From assembly GCA_965242865.1 (NCBI GenBank), contig CBDETK010000013.1, positions 3,520,001 through 3,584,000 of the forward strand: a stretch of DNA of 64,000 bases, read 5' to 3'. The notes beneath the pieces were generated by a model. It saw only the letters and a program-made list of their open reading frames with translations. It did not search any database and was not told the origin of the DNA. The position numbers and the translations under genes are program-made. Source of the stretch: Candidatus Latescibacterota bacterium. GTDB lineage: Bacteria; Latescibacterota; UBA2968; UBA8231. How positions within the stretch are numbered: the stretch's first letter is position 1; the number at the start of each line of letters is the position of its first letter. This document shows positions 8,174 to 16,184 of this stretch, in pieces.

Positions 8174-9130
8174 TCAGGCATGACGCTTGTGCAAGCGCAC
8201 ACCGGCCGGTAGGTCCGTGCTATCCCACCCACAGCTAACCTCGTAATCGGCAAAAGATTTGGGAAATTCCACGCTATCCTTCAACGTCACCTCAATGCCC
8301 TCGAAGAGCTTGTGAGCATGGGCGCAACCGAGGCGGGCTTCTCGCCTGTTCTGCGCGGCGTTGTTCTCGTGCTGGGTGCCGACATGCTCAAAGTCGTAGA
8401 TGCCGCGCACCGCCATTTCGCCGCGGGCGGCGGAGCGGTCATGCTCGAACATCTGGTTGAGTGCGTCAAAGAGAATGTCGAGATCGGCGTTGGTGAAACC
8501 CGTGCGCTCGGCAAAGGCCGGAGATACGTAAGCCTTGGCGGCATAGAGGGCGTAGGGCACAATGTGCTTGTTGCCCATGGTGCGTTCCTTCTCGGCGTCC
8601 TCTTCTTTGGTCACGGCCATGCGAGTAATGGAAATCTCCATCGGGGTGATAGGGTGGTACGACTGGCCGAAGGTAAATTGCACCGGGCCGCGCACTTGGC
8701 CCCAAGCAGAGCCTCTCATAATATCGTTACCGACAGCAAGCACACCACCAAAGGCACGGACATCAAAGAACTCGCGACACAGCCATTTCATGGCGGCTTC
8801 CTGTTGTTCGGATTTGGACGCACCCGAAGCCAAGCCCTCACCGCTTTTCTTAATGCCGTTGCTGATCTCATTGCTGAGCACGGCACCCTGCTTGATCAGC
8901 AGATTATAGCCGTTGGCCCCATTCTCCCCAATCCGCTCCGGGGAGAACATTTCGACGAAGTTCCGCACCTTGCGCTTAAGGCACACATCGGAGACGATGC
9001 CGCGGTTGGTATTGGGGTCAAGGCGCGGCATGTTGCCAGCATCGGGATCGCCGTTGGGATTGCCATTCGTGACATCGAAGATCAGCAACACATCGTGCCG
9101 ATTGGTGAGGATGTCGTTGAGTTTGTTCAT
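8174..9130 (-). CDS. cas7: Type I-C Cas7 (Csd2)
   Basis: NGNPNGDPDAGNMPR, SDVCLKRKVR, FFDVRAFG, GQVRGPVQF, TMGNKH.VPYALY, HDRSAARG. Confidence 0.97.
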   Translation of the reverse strand: MNKLNDILTNRHDVLLIFDVTNGNPNGDPDAGNMPRLDPNTNRGIVSDVCLKRKVRNFVEMFSPERIGENGANGYNLLIKQGAVLSNEISNGIKKSGEGLASGASKSEQQEAAMKWLCREFFDVRAFGGVLAVGNDIMRGSAWGQVRGPVQFTFGQSYHPITPMEISITRMAVTKEEDAEKERTMGNKHIVPYALYAAKAYVSPAFAERTGFTNADLDILFDALNQMFEHDRSAARGEMAVRGIYDFEHVGTQHENNAAQNRREARLGCAHAHKLFEGIEVTLKDSVEFPKSFADYEVSCGWDSTDLPAGVRLHKRHA

Positions 9131-9151
9131 CGTTCAATCTCCTGTCAGGGG

Positions 9152-9568
9152 TTATTGGTTATCGGTTTCTTTGTTTTGCTTGGCCGCCTCGCGGGCGACG
9201 CGAGCTTCGGCTTTTTGCTGGTAAAAGCCGATGGCGAACCGCCCCTGCGCGTGCAGGTCCAGCGTGCGGGGAAATTGGTTGACCCGGGTCAACACATCTT
9301 GAATGGCTTCGTCGAGGAAACGCTCATGACCTTTATACTTGTCGGACTTGCCGATTTTGCTGAGGTGATGGCGGTTGAGTTTGAGAAGAACGGGAAACAC
9401 CGAGGCCGGCGAGGCCATGGCAGTGCCAAAGTACCGTTCGACAACGCCGGCACCTTCAAGCGAATAGTCATGCGCCTTGGCCTGAGTTTCGGCGAGGACA
9501 GCGAGCAATCGACCGCATTGATAGGCCGCATCGCCCGTATCGGCGGTTTGTCTTTCTGCAATCTCCAT
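9152..9568 (-). CDS. cas11c: Probable Cas11c small subunit translated from an internal start in cas8c
   Basis: In-frame ATG at 9568 preceded by AAAGGA (RNRKDDI-MEIAE...), just before AYQCGRLLAVL. Internal Cas11 translation is established for type I-C. Confidence 0.7.
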   Translation of the reverse strand: MEIAERQTADTGDAAYQCGRLLAVLAETQAKAHDYSLEGAGVVERYFGTAMASPASVFPVLLKLNRHHLSKIGKSDKYKGHERFLDEAIQDVLTRVNQFPRTLDLHAQGRFAIGFYQQKAEARVAREAAKQNKETDNQ

Positions 9569-11020
9569 AATGTCGTCCTTTCTGTTTCGGTTTAGAATGA
9601 GTTTCGCCAAGGCGAAACGGGAATGGTTCGATAATGCCTTGCTCCCATCCTTGCTCCCATCGCACGCTATATCCACGCGCAGGCGGTTTAGTATGGGATG
9701 CAACAGAGTAAGTGAAGGGGCAGTCCCTTCCAGTGCGGCGCGAAATAATTGTGCGATCACTTCCGTTTTCAAATCCTTCGCATCGCGTACCGTAGCACAG
9801 GCCAGTCGGAATAGGCCCAACGGCGGCATCTTTTCCGTGCCAGATGGCGGACGCACAGGCTCCAAATCTAGATCGCTGAACCAGCGTCGCAAGCTTTCCG
9901 TAGCGATTTCCAAAGTAGTCTGCATCCAGTGGCGCACGACGATTCGCCCGCTGTTGCCCGCGAGAGTGACGGCATAGAACTGCTCCTGCCGCAACAACTC
10001 GCGCTCTTGTCCAGACCATGGGGATTTCAGAAAATCCGCCACGGCCTTGGGGTCAGCATCGTTAAGCAAAGCCCCCCAAGCACTCGTGGCGTTCGTTTTG
10101 TTGCGAGTCCAGAAGCAACAGATGGTCGGCCCAAGTCTGACTGAATGATCTCCTCTGAAAATCATGAACTTCAAGGCCTCCGTATAAGCCTTTGAAGCTT
10201 CCACGGAGCATGGCGCATTGCTACCTTGTTTCAAACCGAAAGAAGAAAAAGAGGGAGAAGACTTTTCGAATGAAACCAATCTTGAACCACTGGGTTGCCC
10301 TCCAGGTACGCGTTTGATTTCAGGATGCGAACGCTCGATCGGAACTTCATTATCTCCAGTTATCAAGCATAATCCCGTCTCAACTTGAAGCGACTCCTGT
10401 TCTTCCCGGAATACTTCTCTCCAATAAGGCTTAATACAGTCTTCTTCTTCCAAAACCAAATTACCTTCCACGTTAAACGAGAAATTGTCGGTGCCTAATT
10501 TGACTTTTTCCCCGCTAGATGTGGTAATCCACCACGCAGGTTTCTCATTTTTTTTTGGATTTTCACTCAAGTTCCATTCCAAAAAGGAAGGTATTTCGCC
10601 CCGCTCTAGCTGAAACTGTTTTATCGCCTTCAACAAGTGGTTCTGTGTAGCATGATGTGCGTCATTTATCTTTCTCCAAAAATCATCGAACTTGTCATTG
10701 TTATTTTTGTCCCGTTTTTCCTGTTGTGTAGGAGTCCGCTTCGTTCTCGATTCGGGATCACTTTCTAGTCTGAACAATGAGGTAATTCCATCTGCCAAAA
10801 AATCCCCGATTCCCCCTGCATTCTTATTTCCGACAGTTTTGGGGCACAGATAAATCTTTCCCTTGTTTTTGTTCTCTCCAACTGTTTCGATCGGCCCTTT
10901 GCCTACAAGTTTGCCATCAGAATCGATGGGGATAATCCAACGAACGGCCTTAGGTTCAAAGGCGGGATCATCGAGGAGTTTTCGAGAGTTCGCAAAGTCA
11001 TTCAAATGTTGCAGCAACAT
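9152..11020 (-). CDS. cas8c: Type I-C Cas8c (Csd1)
   Basis: GLCLITG, HP.IK.VPG, LVSF...SFSSFG, L.GNSGRI.VR, AY.CGRLLAVL, QGRFAIGFYQQ. Confidence 0.95.
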   Translation of the reverse strand: MLLQHLNDFANSRKLLDDPAFEPKAVRWIIPIDSDGKLVGKGPIETVGENKNKGKIYLCPKTVGNKNAGGIGDFLADGITSLFRLESDPESRTKRTPTQQEKRDKNNNDKFDDFWRKINDAHHATQNHLLKAIKQFQLERGEIPSFLEWNLSENPKKNEKPAWWITTSSGEKVKLGTDNFSFNVEGNLVLEEEDCIKPYWREVFREEQESLQVETGLCLITGDNEVPIERSHPEIKRVPGGQPSGSRLVSFEKSSPSFSSFGLKQGSNAPCSVEASKAYTEALKFMIFRGDHSVRLGPTICCFWTRNKTNATSAWGALLNDADPKAVADFLKSPWSGQERELLRQEQFYAVTLAGNSGRIVVRHWMQTTLEIATESLRRWFSDLDLEPVRPPSGTEKMPPLGLFRLACATVRDAKDLKTEVIAQLFRAALEGTAPSLTLLHPILNRLRVDIACDGSKDGSKALSNHSRFALAKLILNRNRKDDIMEIAERQTADTGDAAYQCGRLLAVLAETQAKAHDYSLEGAGVVERYFGTAMASPASVFPVLLKLNRHHLSKIGKSDKYKGHERFLDEAIQDVLTRVNQFPRTLDLHAQGRFAIGFYQQKAEARVAREAAKQNKETDNQ

Positions 11021-11022
11021 GA

Positions 11023-11826
11023 TCAGGCCCCTTTAGGTTCGAGGATTTCAACTTCATCGGGATGGCAAGCCAAGGTGGAATTCTCGATCTTGGCGCGGAA
11101 GAAACAGGCCCTCGGTTTCGCCAATTCGCCGACAAAACGCGGGGTATTCTTTTTTGGTTTGGGTCCTAGTTCGTCCGGGCGTTTCCAGCGAAAGCCCTCG
11201 GCTCGGGCGTTGGGTGAAAAAACATCGTAGAGCATCCAACCCAAGTCCTCCTCGGGCTGCCGCCAACTGGTACCAAGTTCGGCTGTTCGCTCTTCCATGG
11301 CAGTTTGGGGATCATCCACCCACTCGAAGTCCGCCGCAAATTCACGCATACCCAAGGCTGGCCGATGGAAGCACTTGCCCTGTTGGGCGCGGCGCTTGAA
11401 TTCAGCGAAATACTTCATCGGCGGGTCAGTCTTGCGATCCGCCAACGGCGTGGTACGCAACTCGGCACTGATGATGTACTCCACTTCCTGCAAAGCCAAC
11501 ATGTTGCGCTGGGTACCGTCGGGTGCGCCACCGCCTGCCTCAATAGGTTTGACCTTCTCCGGCTGAGCCATCCATTGACTGACGTTACGTAGGCTGATGA
11601 CCGACTGCACTTCATTGCGCCGAATGGAGGCCCAGCGGCCTCGCCGCACCACCCGGATGGCGGCGACGCGATAGCAGACTTGGGGCTCCCAAAAGACAGC
11701 TTCCAAGATGCCTCGGGCCGCAGAAGGCGTCATAATTGGATAACTGACGCGCTCCACTTTCATTTCAGGGCGGGTGAAACAGGCCCAGTCGCCCCAGACT
11801 CTCAGATGTACGTAGTTACCTTTCAT
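11023..11826 (-). CDS. cas5: Type I-C Cas5 (Cas5d, crRNA-processing)
   Basis: WGDWACFTRPEMKVERVSYPIMTPSAARGILEA, LGMREF. Confidence 0.96.
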   Translation of the reverse strand: MKGNYVHLRVWGDWACFTRPEMKVERVSYPIMTPSAARGILEAVFWEPQVCYRVAAIRVVRRGRWASIRRNEVQSVISLRNVSQWMAQPEKVKPIEAGGGAPDGTQRNMLALQEVEYIISAELRTTPLADRKTDPPMKYFAEFKRRAQQGKCFHRPALGMREFAADFEWVDDPQTAMEERTAELGTSWRQPEEDLGWMLYDVFSPNARAEGFRWKRPDELGPKPKKNTPRFVGELAKPRACFFRAKIENSTLACHPDEVEILEPKGA

Positions 11827-14075
11827 AGCAAAAAATCCTCGGTTGGGCGTGAACCAATAACCACGCCGAGATGTTCGTGATAAGCGGCCTCATCCAAAAC
11901 TCTGAGTTCCATGCCGGGGAGCAGTGGGCGGAGTAGCCCCATTGAATCCAACGCATGGAAATCGCGCAAATGCAGATTCACCATAAAGCGTTGGAGATCG
12001 CGCAAATCCTTGCGCGTGAAACGCGGACCACCCGTTTGAGCGCGTTCTCTGATGGCGTCCACTTCTTCCAAGGCTTGCTTCATTGGCGCGATGACAGCCT
12101 GCGTGTCATCGGTGATTACCTTGGCCTTGCGGGCCACTTCGCGGAAACGCAACGCCTCTCGATCTTCTTGAATGGGGCATTCCCGTTTGCGATCGTGATC
12201 CGTGGACACGCATTCAAAAAGCTCCGCAAAATAACGCCCGAACAACGCCGGCTCGCAAGACCAATCATCCGTAGCCAAATCATCCAACAACCGTGCCGCA
12301 ATGTCCGTGGCGACGCGATAGACGCCGCCGGGCAACTTGGCTTCTATTGGCCGGAACACCACCACGCGCCCTTTGTTCGGCAGGCGTCCTTCTCGATTGC
12401 ACCGTCCTGCCGCCTGCACAATCGAATCTAGCGGTCCCAAGGCTCGATAAACCAACGGAAAGTCAATATCCACCCCGGCCTCTACGACCTGCGTAGAAAC
12501 CAACCAGCAAAATCGACCTTCCCTTAAACGCCGACGAACCTTTTTCAACACTTGAGTTCGATGTTCTGCACACATAGCAGAAGAAAGATGGAATACACTT
12601 CTCAGCCTTGCTTCCAACCTATCTTTTGATAAGCCTTGCTCTTTCAAAGAATCTCTCAACATTTCCCACCATTCGGCGGCCTGCTTGCGCGTATTTACTA
12701 CCCCCAAGGCTTGGGGTTCGCTTGTCCATTCTGTGGCTAATCCAGACCAATCGCTCTCTGTCTTTCGCACCGAGTACGCTACCCGGCCCAACTTCTTAAA
12801 CAAGTCATCGGGTTGCGATACGAGTTCCTTTACTTCGCGCTCATCAAAACCATTCGACAACGATGTGCTACGCTTAAAGGCCGGTTGGGTCGCCGTAGAA
12901 AAAACAAAACTCACTCGGTAGTGTTTTTTGAGGTCGCGCAACACATGTAGGAGCGGATTGAGCAGATGTGCAGGTAGCGTTTGCACCTCATCCAGCAACA
13001 CCACAGAATTTGCGATGTTGTGTAGTTTCCGGCACTTAGAAGTGCGATTGGCAAAGAGGGACTCGATGAACTGCACCGAAGTGGTGACGATGATCGGCGC
13101 GTCCCAGTTCTCTGCCGCCAATTCCTCTGGGGACCGGCCTTGTTCGTCATTATCATCTTTTGGTGCGACGGCCGAATGGTGCTCAATCACGATGCCTTCG
13201 TCGTTGGGGTCGAGCACTTTGCGGTATTCGGCGGCGTTTTGCTCGATGATTGACAGATACGGTATCACCACGATCACCCGCTCCATGTCATGCCGTCGCG
13301 CATGTTCCAAGGCAAAGGCCATGCCCGAAAGCGTCTTGCCCCCGCCCGTCGGCACGGTTAAAAAAAAGAAGCCTGTCGGCTCCGCGGCCTTTGCCAAGCA
13401 GTCTTCAAACACGCGGTTACGCAACGCATTGAGTTCGCCCGAAGAATCAAACTCGCCCCGGTGCGCTTGCAGTCGCTCTAGTAACAACGCAGCGTCCAGC
13501 TTCAGCGAGCGTCGTTCTTGGCCACGGCTAAATTGTTCCGTATCCAGAAAATCCGCATCCACCAAACAGGAAAACAACATTCGCACGTAGAATTCTGCGA
13601 CAGCCTTGTCCTCTGCACACTTGGCAAATTCCGGTTCGGCTAACTCGTTGGGAATTTTCCCCAATTCATCTTCAAACCGTTTTACCAGAGGTACGAGCCG
13701 GTTCACAGCATCGTATTTCTCGCCGCCAACCAATGCCTGCAAATCACTCACGTCATGCAGCCCCGCATGGTGCCCAGCAATGGCAAAAGCTGGGCCGACC
13801 CACTCTCGTTGAAACGCTAAAGCGGCACCAAACACCGCATGATGCGTTTCAGCAGATCCTGGGCGTTTGCCTGCCAAGTATTCTTGGAATGGCTCCCGAT
13901 ATTTTCCTAAGTCGTGGAGTAGCCCAGCCCATTTCGCGGCGGGGCCGAGTGGTCCACCAAACTCCCGAGCCTTTTCCGCCACATTTCGCAAATGCTCGGA
14001 TAACGGTTGCCAGTGCGATTTATTCGGATCGCGTTCCCCAGCCTCCGTTTCAGCGGTGTGAGCGTAATAATTCAT
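11823..14075 (-). CDS. cas3: Cas3 HD nuclease-helicase
   Basis: HDLGK, LVDADFLDT, PTGGGKT, DEVQ, STQVVEAGVDIDF, QAAGRCNREG. Confidence 0.98.
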   Translation of the reverse strand: MNYYAHTAETEAGERDPNKSHWQPLSEHLRNVAEKAREFGGPLGPAAKWAGLLHDLGKYREPFQEYLAGKRPGSAETHHAVFGAALAFQREWVGPAFAIAGHHAGLHDVSDLQALVGGEKYDAVNRLVPLVKRFEDELGKIPNELAEPEFAKCAEDKAVAEFYVRMLFSCLVDADFLDTEQFSRGQERRSLKLDAALLLERLQAHRGEFDSSGELNALRNRVFEDCLAKAAEPTGFFFLTVPTGGGKTLSGMAFALEHARRHDMERVIVVIPYLSIIEQNAAEYRKVLDPNDEGIVIEHHSAVAPKDDNDEQGRSPEELAAENWDAPIIVTTSVQFIESLFANRTSKCRKLHNIANSVVLLDEVQTLPAHLLNPLLHVLRDLKKHYRVSFVFSTATQPAFKRSTSLSNGFDEREVKELVSQPDDLFKKLGRVAYSVRKTESDWSGLATEWTSEPQALGVVNTRKQAAEWWEMLRDSLKEQGLSKDRLEARLRSVFHLSSAMCAEHRTQVLKKVRRRLREGRFCWLVSTQVVEAGVDIDFPLVYRALGPLDSIVQAAGRCNREGRLPNKGRVVVFRPIEAKLPGGVYRVATDIAARLLDDLATDDWSCEPALFGRYFAELFECVSTDHDRKRECPIQEDREALRFREVARKAKVITDDTQAVIAPMKQALEEVDAIRERAQTGGPRFTRKDLRDLQRFMVNLHLRDFHALDSMGLLRPLLPGMELRVLDEAAYHEHLGVVIGSRPTEDFLL

Positions 14076-14185
14076 TCAATTCTCTCCTGAAAATCTAACA
14101 TCTCCGCCCTAAAGTCGTGCTCCTCCTGCTTGGGGCTGGAGTGGTTTACTCAGCCAATGAACACTTCGTCCAGACACTTCCGCGC

Positions 14186-15982
14186 CTACCGCACCTCCTG
14201 CCGCACCGCAGTCATGGCCCCAAACGGATCCGGCCCCTGCAGCCGACGATGGGCCTCCTCGTCGCCCTTGAGATACCAGTCGAACCACGCCCGCGCATAC
14301 CAGTCGCGGATTACGTGGGGCAAATACACTTCGCCGGCATCGCCGACCGCGGCCCAGCCCAACTGAGTGTAGGGCTCCCCAGACGCACCCGGCGGCCCCA
14401 AGGCGCGCTCGCCCGTGGGCTTGCGAGTGCGCTCCGGGGTTTGGCCAAAGGGCCATTCGCCGCGCTGGAATTTCGGCCACGGGAAGAGCCGCGCAAAGTC
14501 CTCGGCCAAGGTGAAGTGGTCCGTGTCGCGCACAATCGCCAGTACGCGGTCTGAGGTGGTGCGCCGCCAAGCACTCAACGCCACGGGCTGGGGATTCTCT
14601 ATGCGTTCGGGCAGAGCGCGTTCTAAGTCCAAGGGGAATGCCTCGGCCGGATCGCCCCCGGCCCGCGCCACGGCCGCCTGAAACAGGCTGACGAACACGT
14701 TTTGCACAAAATCGTCCTCGTCGCCGATGAGCAGCAGCAGGGGCTTGTGGCTGCCCACCGGCAGGCCCTCCTCGGTTTGGCCCGCGCCGTACATTTCCTC
14801 GGGCGTCCACGCGAAGGGCGGAGCGTTGTTCAGGCCCATGGCCGCGCTAATACCGGGCAGGTGGTTGGCCGCCAACTGCGCCGTCATCGACCCGAGCGAA
14901 TGCCCGGCAAGACCGACGCGCTCGCCGTCAATGCGCCCGTTGAGCAGCCCGCACAGATCGCGAGCAGCACTGGTGGCCCCCATCGAGGCGAGCCCGGTGC
15001 GGCAGGTGGCTTCGCCCGCGCCGAGCAGGCGCACGGTATGTAGCACCAGCCCCACATCCGACACGCGCTGGCGGAACAGGTTGCGCATCATGGTGGTGGC
15101 GCGCTCCACGCCACCGGGGACCACTTTGGCCGTGGCCGGGTCGAAATGCGCTGGCGGCGCAAACCCCCGACCCTCCTGCCCGAAGAGCAAGCGGTAGAAA
15201 TAGGGAACGACCTTGTACTGGCCCAAGAGCAACTCGTAGGCCCGCTTGAGTTCCTCCGGCGACGCGCTCGCGGCAAAAGGCGAGTCCTCATCGTGAAACA
15301 CCAGCGGCAAGCCGCCGTCGGAAACAAAGGTGGGGGCCGCGACCACATACCCGTGCGAAGCGAGAAATTCGGCAAAGGAACTCCACATGCCGTGGTTGCC
15401 GGCCAGCCCGTGCGCGAGGAGAATCAGCGGGAACGGGCCGTCCGCGGCCCGAGCATCTTGCCACGCGCCCTGCGGCGCATTGAGAATCCGCTGGCCGATT
15501 TCGGCGAATGCCGCTTCCTGCGCCGCCGGATCAGCTTCGGCCAGAATGCCGCCGGGCAGGTGGATGAAATGGGGCAGGACCACCTGGGCTGCCGCGCCGA
15601 GCGTCCGCGCCATGTCGCCGGCTTGAAAGAAGAAATCGTAGTAGTTGGCCCGTCGGCCGCTCGTCGCAGCAAAGGGCGAGCGCGGCCCGGCGAGCCGCCC
15701 CGGCACTGGGTCCGGCACCGCTGGATACCACAACTGAAAGACCACCGTGCGGGTCTGTCCGGCGGCTTCTACCTCCCGCAGTAGAGCGCGGTATTCGGGA
15801 CCGGCATACGCGCTGTTCCAAGGGTCGAAACGCTGGCGATTGTCCACGGCAAAACCCGTGGCCACGCCCACGGCGTAGTCGCCGTAAACGGCACTTACCG
15901 GCAATTGGTCCATTTGCGCTCGGGCGCTCAAGGCCGACGCGAAAATCGCGACCAACGCGGCGGCTGTTGCTCTTCTGTCCAT
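14186..15982 (-). CDS. Secreted alpha/beta hydrolase (PAF-acetylhydrolase/dienelactone-hydrolase-like)
   Basis: Signal peptide; FPLILLAHGL, LASHGYVV, nucleophile elbow GHSLG. Confidence 0.75.
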   Translation of the reverse strand: MDRRATAAALVAIFASALSARAQMDQLPVSAVYGDYAVGVATGFAVDNRQRFDPWNSAYAGPEYRALLREVEAAGQTRTVVFQLWYPAVPDPVPGRLAGPRSPFAATSGRRANYYDFFFQAGDMARTLGAAAQVVLPHFIHLPGGILAEADPAAQEAAFAEIGQRILNAPQGAWQDARAADGPFPLILLAHGLAGNHGMWSSFAEFLASHGYVVAAPTFVSDGGLPLVFHDEDSPFAASASPEELKRAYELLLGQYKVVPYFYRLLFGQEGRGFAPPAHFDPATAKVVPGGVERATTMMRNLFRQRVSDVGLVLHTVRLLGAGEATCRTGLASMGATSAARDLCGLLNGRIDGERVGLAGHSLGSMTAQLAANHLPGISAAMGLNNAPPFAWTPEEMYGAGQTEEGLPVGSHKPLLLLIGDEDDFVQNVFVSLFQAAVARAGGDPAEAFPLDLERALPERIENPQPVALSAWRRTTSDRVLAIVRDTDHFTLAEDFARLFPWPKFQRGEWPFGQTPERTRKPTGERALGPPGASGEPYTQLGWAAVGDAGEVYLPHVIRDWYARAWFDWYLKGDEEAHRRLQGPDPFGAMTAVRQEVR

Positions 15983-16184
15983 GACGTGGGCTCCTTTGGT
16001 GACGCGGGTGCGCTGATAAGTAGGTCTCTTTTGCTCATGGGCGATACGCCGTCAATTACCTCGATTATGGACATAGCTCAATCCGCCTTGACCGCCCAAT
16101 AGCAATAAACCATTCTTAAAATCCGTCTCAAGTCAACATAACCTTGGAGTGCGCTACCGAGGAGCAAAAAGTTAGGATAGGCTA

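Noticed and set aside
8312-9595. 427-aa plus-strand ORF
   Set aside because: Antisense shadow of cas7/cas8c with no recognisable motifs.
10100-11000. AT-richer 5' half of cas8c as evidence of mosaicism
   Set aside because: Impression only; it needs a GC scan and phylogeny, and Cas8c N-termini are normally variable.
14076-14185. Possible CreR-like target in the cas3 promoter for guides following the degenerate repeats
   Set aside because: Only an 8-nt TGAATGAA coincidence at the cas3 start; no convincing seed plus PAM.
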